Of a DNA stretch of 64,000 bases, positions 1-11,500 are shown piece by piece. The notes under the pieces are model-generated. The model searched no databases and was not told where the DNA came from. It was given only the letters and a program-made list of their open reading frames with translations. Source of the stretch: Eledone cirrhosa. Its lineage: Eukaryota. Position 1 is the stretch's first letter. Each line of letters begins with the position of its first letter. The stretch spans positions 2,976,001 through 3,040,000 of the forward strand of contig OZ024751.1 of NCBI GenBank assembly GCA_964016885.1, in the 5' to 3' direction. Made by a program: the position numbers and the translations under genes.

Positions 1-520
1 TTTCGTTCAGATTTTAAAATAAAATAAAATTTATCATTGCACTTCCTGTAATGGCTTTATATTTTGCATTTGTTGTTCAGGGACGGCGTGGCAGCCACTT
101 CAATATTCTAAAATACCACTTTTAGACTCAAATTTCCACTTTTTCGGCTCTAGCTCCCACATTAATCAACCTACTTTGTTCAAATTTTACACTACGCTAG
201 AACTGATTATTTTACGCCTTAAAGTGGCTTTACATTTTTGATATTTTGCTCAGGAACGGCGTGGCAGCCGCTTAAATATTCGAAAATACCACCTTTTCGC
301 TCAAATTTCCGCCTTTTCGGCTCTAGCTCCCACATTTTTCAACCGATTTCGTTCAAATTCGAAACTTTGGCTCCACCTCACACATAAATCAATTTATTTG
401 GTTCAACTTTTATACTACGATAGAACCTATCATTGCACATCTTATAGTAGCTTTACACCTTGCATTTTTTGTTCAGGGACGGCGTGGCAGCCGTTTAAGT
501 CTTCAAAATACGATTTCTTC
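1..520. repeat. Degenerate tandem repeat, ~170-220 bp unit, about 3 copies, inside the Helitron-like element
   Basis: ACGGCGTGGCAGCC recurs at ~83, ~256 and ~479. TTTTCGGCTCTAGCTCCCACATT recurs at ~141 and ~314. TT(C/T)GTTCA(A/G)ATT-like blocks occur at ~2, ~175 and ~348. ATCATTGCAC occurs at ~33 and ~429. Confidence 0.85.
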
Positions 521-663
521 CACCTCCCACATACTCAATATTTCGCCATTTACTACACCTTACGACCGATTTTCAAGAAACTCGCAGTCACTAAGATCAA
601 CACCTTTTCATCAAAGCAGATATTATTTTACCTACCCAGGCAACGCTGGGTACTGCTGCTAGT
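1..663 (+). mobile_element. 3' portion of a probably non-autonomous Helitron-type rolling-circle transposon (5' end lies outside the window)
   Basis: Perfect 7-bp stem hairpin TACCCAG-GCAACG-CTGGGTA at 633-652, followed 6 nt later by CTAG (659-662) and a flanking T (663). This is the canonical Helitron 3' signature (subterminal hairpin + CTRR, inserted before T). The upstream sequence consists of internal tandem repeats, which are common in non-autonomous Helitrons. No RepHel ORF is visible. Confidence 0.7.
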
Positions 664-704
664 ATAAATATATAGTTCTAATATCATACGACACTTTACA
701 TATT

Positions 705-741
705 CATGTATAACCATGACTCACATGTATAACGATGACTC
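705..741. repeat. Short direct duplication, 19-bp period, 2 copies
   Basis: CATGTATAACCATGACTC (705-722) and CATGTATAACGATGACTC (724-741), one mismatch. Confidence 0.8.
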
Positions 742-780
742 TTGTGGATGTTAAACAAATGTTATAATGTCATACATTTC

Positions 781-1076
781 GGGGATGGTAGCTGTGGTGG
801 TGGCTGAAGTGGTGTGGTGTGGTAATCGTTGAAGTAGTTGGGTGGCTATATTGGTGTGGTGGTGGTGGTTGAAGTAGTGATGTAGTCGTGTGTTGGAGGC
901 TGTAGTGGGGTAGTGTAGTGATTGTATTGTTGTGGCGGCTGTAGTAGTTTGGTGTAGTGGTCGTTTTAGTTGTATGGTGGAGGGTGTAGTGGAGTGCAGT
1001 GGAATGGTGAGGTGGTAGCTGTAGCAATGGACTGGTTACTGTGGTTTGGTTTACTTTAGTTGTGGGAAGTGGTGAC
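781..1076. repeat. G/T-rich low-complexity tract (degenerate GTG/GTA/GTT trinucleotide repeats)
   Basis: Runs such as GGTGGTGGTGGT, GTAGTAGT and GTGTAGTG with very few C. It produces the spurious His/Thr-rich ORF 770..1081 on the minus strand. Confidence 0.8.
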
Positions 1077-1079
1077 TGC

Positions 1080-1172
1080 ATCCACCCCAGTACTTTACTG
1101 TTACTTTATGTACTTCAGAAAGATAAAAAGGCAGAGATCGTATTCAACAACGGTAGGATTTGAACTCACAAC
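1080..1172 (-). mobile_element. Degenerate tRNA-derived SINE fragment (cephalopod-like)
   Basis: The minus strand at 1156-1167 reads GAGTTCAAATCC, a Pol III B-box (GTTCRANNC). The plus-strand ACCCCAGTACTTTACTGTTACTT...GAAAGATAAAAAGGCA...GGATTTGAACTCA resembles, from memory, the reverse complement of abundant octopus SINEs. No A-box is recognisable and the family is not verified by search. Confidence 0.5.
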
Positions 1173-1586
1173 AGATTTTTATAAACATATTTTCAAAATT
1201 CCATCTTCAGCTGTTAACAGATAGGGGCTTGTTTTTGTTGTTGTTTGTTGAGTGGGATGAGGGAGCTGCCTACTGCTAAGATTTGTTTACATTTAACTCT
1301 ATTGAACTCTATTAAACTCAATTTGCTATCGTTAATCCGTGCTTCATTACACACTTTATTGATACTAAACCGCCGGAAACAGTTCGATACCAATCTATTC
1401 ATTCGAAAGTGTTTATATTAACTAAAAAAATCTTTCAAAATGATTTTATGTAAAGAAATTTTAGATTATGGTTATATATCCCGACACTTTATAATGTAAG
1501 AAATTTTATGAAGTTATGTTCCAAGCACCAGCTTAAGACTGAGAAGGTTAGTTATATTCGTACCCTCCTCCATTAAAAAAAAATCT

Positions 1587-2060
1587 TTAGAAATATGGTT
1601 ATAGAAAGGTTTAAATATCATTATGTCAGGTAGGCAGTGTCTTTCATTAGAAATATGGTAAGGAAAGGATTATGATGATGATGATGATGATCATTATGTC
1701 AGGTAGACAATGTCTTTCGTTAGTAATATGGTAAGGAAAGGTTTTAAATAACCTTATGTCGGGTAGGCAGTGTCTATCATTAGATATATGGTAAGGAAAG
1801 GTTTAAATATCATTATATTAGGTACGTAGTGTGTTTCATTAGAATTATGTTAAGGAAAAGATTAAATATCATTAAGGCAGGTGGGCAATGTCTTTCATTA
1901 GAAATAGGGTAACGAAAGGATTAAATATTATTATGTCAGGTAGGCAGTGTCTTTCTTTACAAATATGGAAGGGAACAGATTAAATATAATTATATCAGGT
2001 AGGCAGTGTCTTTCTTTAATAATATGGTAAGGAAAGGATTAAATATTCTTATGTCAGGTA
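1587..2060. repeat. 59-bp AT-rich minisatellite, 8 copies
   Basis: Consensus TTAGAAATATGGTAAGGAAAGG(T/A)TTAAATATCATTATGTCAGGTAGGCAGTGTCTTTCA. Unit starts at 1587, 1647, 1720, 1780, 1839, 1898, 1957 and 2016. The last copy is truncated after TCAGGTA. Confidence 0.95.
1672..1691. repeat. (ATG)n microsatellite expansion inside copy 2 of the 59-mer
   Basis: ATGATGATGATGATGATGAT lengthens this unit to 73 bp. Confidence 0.9.
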
Positions 2061-5000
2061 AATACTACAATATTTCCATGAATGTAACAACTCAACACTG
2101 TCCTACCACTTAGGTAACAACTCAGAACTGTTCTACCACTGAGGTAACAACTCAGAACTGTCTTACCATTGAGGTAAAATCTCAATGCTGTCCTACCACT
2201 GAGGTAACAACTCAACAATGTCCTACCACAGAGATAACATCTCACCACAGTCCGACAACTGATGTAACAACTCACAAATCTCCTACCACTGAGCTATCAA
2301 TTCACCATTGTGCTACAATTGAAGTAACAACTCAACATTGTCCTACCACAGAGATAACACCCCAGCACTGTCTAACCATTGAGGTAACACCTCACCACTG
2401 TCCTACCACTGAGGTAACATCACTTCAGCGTCCTACGATTAAGTTAACAACGCACCGCCGCCCAACCATTAAGGTAACAACTCACAACTGTCCTAAAACT
2501 GAGGTAACATCTCATCACTGTCCTACCATTGAGGTAACATCTCACCACTTTCCTACCACTGAGGTAACAACTCACCACTGTACTACCACTGATGTAACAT
2601 CTCACCACTCTCCTACCATTAAGGTAATAGCTCACCACTGTACTACCACTGTGGTAACAACTCACCACCGTACTACTACTGTGGTAGCAACTCACCACTA
2701 TCCTACCACTGAGGTAACATCTCCCCACCGTCCTATCATTGAGGTAAGAACTCACCACTGCTTTGAGACTGAGGTAACAACTCACCACTGTCCTACCAAT
2801 GAGGAATCAACTCACCACTGTCCCACCACTGAGGTAATAGTTCACCACTGTCCTTCCTTTGAGGTAACATCTGACCACTGTCCTCCCAAAGCGGTAACAA
2901 CTCACCATTGTGCTACCCTTGAGGTAACAACTCACCACTGTCCTACCATTGAGGTAACAACTCACCACTGTCCTAGCTTTGAGGTAACAATTAATCACTG
3001 TCCGACCATTGAGCTAACACCTCACAACTGGGCTACCATTGAGGTAACAACTCACACACTGTCCTAACATTGAGGTAACACCTCACCACTGTCCTACAAC
3101 TGAGGTAACATCCCACCACTGTCCTACCATTGAGGTAACAAAAGACCACTGTCCTACCTTTGAGGTAACAACTCACCACTGTCCTACACCTGAGGTAACA
3201 TCTCACCACTCTCCAACCATTAAGGTAACATCTCACCACTGTAGTACCACTGTGGTAACAATTCACCGCTGTACTACCACTGCGGTGTCATCTCACCAGT
3301 GTCCTACCATTGAGGGGACAACTCAGCACTTTCCTACGATTGAGTTAACAACTCACCACCGCGCAACCATTGAGGTAACATCTCACCACCGTCCTACCAC
3401 TGAGGTAACATCTTACCACTGTCCTACCTTTGAGGTAACATCTCACCACTGTCTAACCACTGAGGTTACAACTCACCACTGTCCTACCTTTGAGATAACA
3501 TCTCACAACTGTCCTACCATTGAGTTAGCAACTCAACACTGTCCTACCACTGAGGTAACATCTCACCAGTGTCCTACCATGGAGGTGACAACTCACCGCT
3601 TCCTACGACTGAGTTAACAACTCACCACCGCCCCACCATCGAGGTAACATCTCACTACTGTCCTACCGTTGAGGTAACAACTCACCACTGTGCTACCATT
3701 GAGGTAACAACTCACAACTCTCCTACCATTGAGGTAACAACTCACCACTGTCGTACCAGTGAGGTAACAACTCACCACTCTCCTACCACTGAGGTAACAT
3801 CTCACAACTGTCCTACCACTGAGGTAACATCTCACAACTGTCCTAACATTGAGGTAACAACTCACAAATGTCCTACCAGTGAGGTAACTTCTCACTACTG
3901 TCCTACCACTGAGGTAACAACTCACAATTGTCCTAACACTGAAGTAACAACTCACCATTGTCCTACCACTGAGGTAACAACTCACCACTGTCCTACCACT
4001 GAGCTAACAACTCAGCACTGTCCTACCACTGAGGTAACAACTCACCACTGTCCTACCACTGAGGTAACATCTCACAACTGTCCTACCACTGAGGTAACAA
4101 TTCACCACTGTCCTAACATTGAGGTAACAACTCACAACTGTCCTACCACTGAGGTAACAACTCACCACTGTCCTACCATTGAGGTAACAACTCACCACTC
4201 TCCTACCACTGAGGTAACAACTCACCACTGTCCTACCATTGAAGTAACAAATCACCACTCTCCTACCATTGAGGTAACAACTCACAACTGTCCTACCACT
4301 GAGGTAACAACTCACCACTGTTGTACCACTGAGGTAACAACTCACAACTGTCCTACCATTGAGGTAACAACTCACCACTGTCCTAACATTGAGGTAACAA
4401 CTCACAACTGTCCTACCATTGAGGTAACATCTCACAACTGTCCTACCATGGAGGTAACATCCCACCACTGTCCTACCAGTCAGGTAACAACTCCCCACTG
4501 TCCTACCACTGAGGTAACAACTCACAACTATCCTACCACTGAGGTAACAATTCACCACTGTCCTAACATTGAGGTAACAACTCACAACTGTCCTACCACT
4601 GAGGTAACAACTCACCACTGTCCTACCATTGAGCTAAAAACTCACCACTGTCGTACCACTGATGTAAAAACTCACAACTGCCCTACCATTGAGGTAACAA
4701 CTCACCACTGTCCTACCGTTGAGGTAACAACTTACAACTGTCCTACCATTGAGGTAACATCTCACAACGGTCCTACCATGGAGGTAAGATCCAACCACTG
4801 TCCTGCCATTGAAGTAACATCTCCCCACTGAACTACCACTGACGTAACATCTCCCCACCTTCCTACCATTGAGGTAACATCCCAATACTGTCCTACCATT
4901 GAAGTAACATCTCCCCACTGTCCTACCACTGAGGTAACATCTCACCACTGTGTAACCACTGATGTTACATCTCACCATCTTCTTACAACTGAGGTAACAA

Positions 5001-5559
5001 CTCCCCACTGTCCTACCACTACGATAACAACTCACCTCAGTCCTATTATTGGGGTTTCATCTCACCACTGTCTTACCACTGAGGTAAGATCTCACCAGTG
5101 TCTTACCACTGAGGTAACAACTCACCACTGTCCTACGATTGATGTAACATCTCACCACCGTCCTAACACTGAGGTAACATCTCACAACTGTCCTAACATT
5201 GAGGTAACAACTCACAACTTTCCTACCACTGAGGTAACAACTCACCACTGTCCTACCATTGAGGTAACATCTCACCACTGTCTGACCACTGAGGTAACAA
5301 CTCACTACTGTCCTACCACTGAGGTTACATCTCACCACTGTCCTACCATTGAGGTAACAACTCACCAATGTCCTACCATTGAGGTAACAACTCACCACTT
5401 TCCTACGACTGAGGTAATATCTCACCACTGTCCTACCATTGAGGTAACAACTCACCTCTCTCCTACCACTGAGGTAACAACTCACCACTGTCCTACCACT
5501 GAGGTAACAACTCACCAATGTCCTACCACTGAGGTAACATACACAACTGTCCTACCTTT

Positions 5560-8500
5560 GAGGTAACAACTCCCCATTGCCCTACCACTGAGATAACAAC
5601 TCACAACTGTCCTACAACTGAGGTAACATCTCACAACTGTCTTAACATTGAGGTAACAACTGACAACTGTCCTATCACTGAGGTAACAACTCACAACTGT
5701 CCTACCACTAGGGTAACAACTCACAACTGTCCTACCATTGAGGTAACAACTCACCTCAGTCCTATTATTGGGGTTTCATCTCACCACTGTCTTACCACTG
5801 AGGTAAGATCTCACCACTGTCTTACCACTGAGGTAACAACTCACCACTGTCCTACCATTGATGTAACATCTCACCACCGTACTAACACTGAGGTAACATC
5901 TCACAACTGTCCTAAAATTGAGGTAACAACTCACAACTGTCCTACCACTGAGGTAAAAACTCACCACTGTCCTACCATTAAGGTAACATCTCACCACTGT
6001 CTGACCACTGAGGTAACAACTCACCACTGTCCTACCACTGAGGTTACATCTCACCACTTTCCTACGACTAAGGTAATATCTCACCACTGTTTTACCACTC
6101 AGGTAACAACTCACCACTGTCCTAAAATTGAGGTAACAACTCACAACTGTCCTACCACTGAGGTAACAACTCACAACTGTCCTACCACTGAGATTACAAC
6201 TCACCACTGTACTACCACTGAAGTAACATCTCACAACTGTCCTACCACTGAGGTAACATCTCCAAACTGTCCTACCACTGAGGTAACAACTCACAACTGT
6301 CCTACCACTGAGGTAACAACTCACAACTGTCCTACCATTGAGGTAACATCTCACCACTGTCCTACCACTGAGGTAACATCTCACAACTGTCCTACCACTG
6401 AAGTAACAACTCACCACACTCCTACCACGGAGGTAACAACTCACCACCGTCCTACCATTGAGGTAACATCTCACCACTGTCCTACCTTGAGGTAACATCT
6501 CACAGCTGTCCTACCAGTGAAGTAAAAACTCACCACTGTCTTACCACTGAGGTAACAACTCACCACTGTCCTACCACTGAGGTAACAAATGACAACTGTC
6601 CTACCACTGAGGTAACATCTCACCAGTGTCTTACCACTGAGGTAACATCTCACCACTCTCCTACCATTGATGTAACATCTCACCACCGTCTTACCAGTGA
6701 GGTAACAGCTCCCCACTGAGGTAACAACTCACCACTGTCCTACCAATGAGGTAACATCTCACCACTGTCCTACCCTTGAGGTAATATATCACCACTGTCT
6801 TACCACTGAGGTAACAACACACAGCTGTCCTACCACTGAGGTAACAACTCACCACTGTCCTACCACTGAGGTAACATCTCACCACTATCCTACCATTGAG
6901 GTAACAACTCACAACTGCCCTACCCTTGAGGTAACAACTCACAACTGCCCTACCATTGAGGTAACATCTCAAAACTGTCCTACCATGGAGGTAAGATCCC
7001 ACCACTGTCCTGCCATTGAAGTAACATCTCCCCACTGTCCTACCACTGACGTACCATCTCCCCACCTTCCCACCTTTGAGGTAACATCCCACCACTGTCC
7101 TGCCATTGAAGTAACATCTCCCCACTGTCCTACCACTGAGGTAACATCTCACCACTGTGTAACCACTGATGTTACATCTCACCATCTTCTTACAACTGAG
7201 GTAACAACTCCCCACTGCCTACCAATGAGGTAACATCTCACCACTGTCCTACCACTGAGGTAACAACTCACCTCAGTCCTATTATTGGGGTTTCATCTCA
7301 CCAGTGTCTTACCACTGAGGTAACAACTCACCACTGTCCTATCATTGATGTAACATCTCACCACCGTCCTAACACTGAGGTAACATCTCACAACTGTCCT
7401 AAAGTTCAGGTAACAACTCACAACTGTCCTACCACTGAGGTAACAACTCACCACTGTCATACCATTGAGGTAACATCTCACCACTGTCTGACCACTGAGG
7501 TAACAACTCACCCCTGTCCTACCATTGATGTTACATCTCACCACTGTCCTACCATTGAGGTAACAACTCACCACTTTCCTACGACTAAGGTAATATCTCA
7601 ACACTGTTCTACCATTGAGGTAACAACTCACCTCTCTCCTACCACTGAGGTAACAACTCACCACTGTCCTACCCCTGAGGTAACAACTCACAACTGTCCT
7701 ACAACTGAGGTAACAAACCACCACTGTCCTACCACTGAGATAACAACTCACCACTGTCCTAAAATTGAGGTAACAACTCACAACTGTCCTACCACTGAGG
7801 TAACAACTCACCACTGTCGTACCATTGAGGTAACAACTCACAACTGTCCTACCACTGAGATTACAACTCACCACTCTACTACCACTGAAATAATATCTCA
7901 CAAATGTCCTACCACTGAGGTAACATCTCACAACTGTCCTACCACTGAAGTAACAACTCACCACTCTCCTACCACTGAGGTAACAACTCACCACCGTCCT
8001 AGCATTGAGGTAACATCTCACACCTGTCCTACCACTGAAGTAACAACTCACCACTGTCTTACCACTGAGGTAACCACTCACCACTGTCCTACTATTGAGG
8101 TAACAAATGACAACTGTCCTACCACTGAGGTAACATCTCACCAGTGTCTTACCACTGAGGTAACATCTCACCACTGTCCTACCATTGATGTAACATCTCA
8201 ACACCGTCTACCCACTTAGGTAACATCTCACCACTGTCCTACGACTGAGGTAACAACTCACCACTATCCTACCAATGAGGTAACATCTCACCACTGACCT
8301 ACCCTTGAGGTAATATCTCACCACTGTCTTACCACTGAGGTAACAACTCACAACTGTCCTACCACTGAGGTAACAACTCACCACTGTCCTACCACTGAAG
8401 TAACATCTCACCACTGTCCTACCATTGAGGTAACAACTCACCAATGTCCTACCATTGAGGTAACAACTCACCACTCTCCTACCAATGAGGTAACATCTCA

Positions 8501-11500
8501 CAACTGTCCTATCTTGAGGTAACATGTCACAACTGTCCTACCACTGAGGTAATAACTCACCACTGTGCTACCACTGAGATAACATCTCATAACTGTCCTA
8601 CCACTAAGGTAAGATCTCACAACTGTCCTAACATTGAGGTAACAACTCACAACTGTCCTACCAATGAGATTACAACTCACCACTGTAATACCTCTGAAGT
8701 AACATCTTACAACTGTCCTACCACTGAGGTAACATCTAACAACTGTCCTACTACTGAGTTAACAACTCACAACTGGCATACCACTGAGGTAACAACTCAC
8801 AACTGTCCTACCATTGAGGTAACATCTCACCACTGTCCTACCACTGACGTAACATCTCACAACTGTCCTACCACTGAAGTAACAACTCACCACTCTCCTA
8901 CCACTGAGGTAACAACTCACCATCGTTCTATCATTGAGGTAACATCTCACCACTGTTCTACCACTGAGGTAACATCTCACAACTGTCCTACCAGTGAAGT
9001 AAAAACTCAGAACTGTCCTACCACTGAAGTAACAACTCACCACTGTCTTACCACTGAGGTAACAACTCACCACTGTCCTAACACTGAGGTAACAAATGAC
9101 AACTGTTCTACCACTGAGGTAACATCTCACCAGTGTCTTACCACTGAGGTAACATCTCACCACTGTCCTACCATTGATGTAACATCTCAACACCGTCTAA
9201 CCACTGAGGTAACAACTCACCACTGTCCTACGAATGAGGTAACAACTCACCACTATCCTACCAATGAGGTAACATCTCACCACAGTCCTACCCTTGAGGT
9301 AATATCTCACCACTGTCTTACCACTGAGGTAACAACTCACAACTGTCCTACCACTGAGGTAACAACTCACCACTGTCCTACCATTGAGGTAACAACTCAC
9401 CAATGTCCTACCATTGAGGTAACAACTCACCACTCTCCTACCACTGAGGTAACATCTCACAACTGTCCTACCACTGAGGTAACATCTCACAACTGTCCTA
9501 TCACTGAGGTAACATATCACAACTGTCCTACCACTGAGGTAATAACTCACCACTGTGCTACCACTGAGGTAACATCTCATAACTGTCCTACAACTAAGGT
9601 AAGATCTCACAACTGTCCTACCACTGAGGTAACATCTCACAACTGTCCTACCACTGAGGTAACAACTCACAACTGTCCTAACACTGAAGTAATAACTCAC
9701 CACTGTCCTACCACTGAGGTAACAACTCACCACTGTCCTACCACTGAGGTAACAACTCAGCACTGTCCTACCACTGAGGTAACAACTCCCCACTGTCCTA
9801 CCACTGAGGTAACAACTCACAACTGTACTACAACTGAGGTAACATCTCAAAACTGTCTTAACATTGAGGTAACAACTGACAACTGTCCAATCACTGAGGT
9901 AACAACTCACAACTGTCCTACCACTAGGGTAACAACTCACAACTGTCCTACCATTGAGGTAACAACTCAGCACTGTCCTATCATTGAGGTAACAACTCAC
10001 CTCAGTCCTATAATTGGGGTTTCATCTCACCACTGTCTTACCACTGAGGTAAGATCTCACCACTGTCTTACCACTGAGGTAACAACTCACCACTGTCCTA
10101 CCATTGATGTAACATCTCACCACCGTACTAACACTGAGGTAACATCTCACAACTGTCCTAAAATTGAGGTAACAATTCCCAACTATCCTACCACTGAGGT
10201 AAAAACTCACCACAGTCCTACCATTAAGGTAACATCTCACCACTGTCTGACCCTGAGGTAACAACTCACCACTGTCCTACCACTGAGGTTACATCTCACC
10301 ACTGTACTACCATTGAGGTAACAACTCACCAATGTCCTACCATTGACGTAACAACTCACCACTTTCCTACGACTAAGGTAATATCTCACCACTGTTCTAC
10401 CATTGAGGTAAAAACTCACCTCTCTTCTACCACTGAGGTAACAACTCACCACTGTCCTACCACTAAGGTAACAACTCACAACTGTCCTACAACTGAGGTA
10501 ACAACTCACCACTGTTTTACCACTGAGGTAACAACTCACCACTGTCCTAAAATTGAGGTAACAACTCACAACTGTCCTACCACTGAGGTAACAACTCACC
10601 ACTGTCGTACAATTGAGGTAACAACTCACAACTGTCCTACCACTGAGGTAACAACTCACAACTGTCCTACAACTGAGATTACAACTCACCACTGTACTAC
10701 CACTGAAGTAACATCTCACAACTGTCATACCACTGAGGTAACATCTCCCAACTGTCCAACCACTGAGGTAACAACTCACAACTCTCCTACCACTGAGGTA
10801 ACAACTCACAACTGTCCTACCATTGAGGTAACATCTCACCACTGTCCTACCACTGAGGTAACATCTCACAACTGTCCTACCACTGAAGTAACAACTCACC
10901 ACTCTCCTACCACGGAGGTAACAACTCACCACCGTCCTACCATTGAGGTAACATCTCACCACTGTCCTACCTTGAGGTAACATCTCACAGCTGTCCTACC
11001 AGTGAAGTAAAAACTCACCACTCTCTTACCACTGAGGTAACAACTCACCACTGTCCTACCACTGAGGTAATAAATGACAACTGTCCTACCACTGAGGTAA
11101 CATCTCACCAGTGTCTTAACATTGAGGTAACATCTCACCACTCTCCTACCATTGATGTAACATCTCACCACCGTCTTACCACTGAGGTAACAACTCACCA
11201 CTGTCCTACCACTGAGGTCACAACTCACCACTGTCCTACCAATGAGGTAACATCTCACTACTGTCCTACCCTTGAGGTAATATCTCACCACTGTCTTACC
11301 ACTGAGGTAACAACTCACAACTGTCCTACCACTGAGGTAACAACTCACCACTGTCCTACCACTGAGGTAACATCTCACCACTATCCTACCATTGAGGTAA
11401 CAACTCACAACTGCCCTACCATTGAGGTAACAACTCACCACTGTCCTACCGTTGAGGTAACAACTCACAACTGCCCTACTATTGAGGTAACATCTCAAAA

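Noticed and set aside
633-663. Rho-independent terminator
   Set aside because: The hairpin lacks a following poly-T run and is followed by CTAG|T, which fits a Helitron end better.
1156-1167. Functional tRNA gene
   Set aside because: Only a B-box-like motif is present, with no cloverleaf or A-box. It is better explained as a SINE remnant.
398-1402. Short flank ORFs 398..667, 770..1081 and 1214..1402
   Set aside because: They are short, lie in transposon, low-complexity or AT-rich DNA, and show no recognisable protein motif.
689-1491. CGACACTTTA at 689-698 and 1482-1491 as a target-site duplication
   Set aside because: The enclosed ~780 bp shows no terminal repeats or poly-A tail and is itself a mosaic. 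A single 10-bp match is insufficient evidence.
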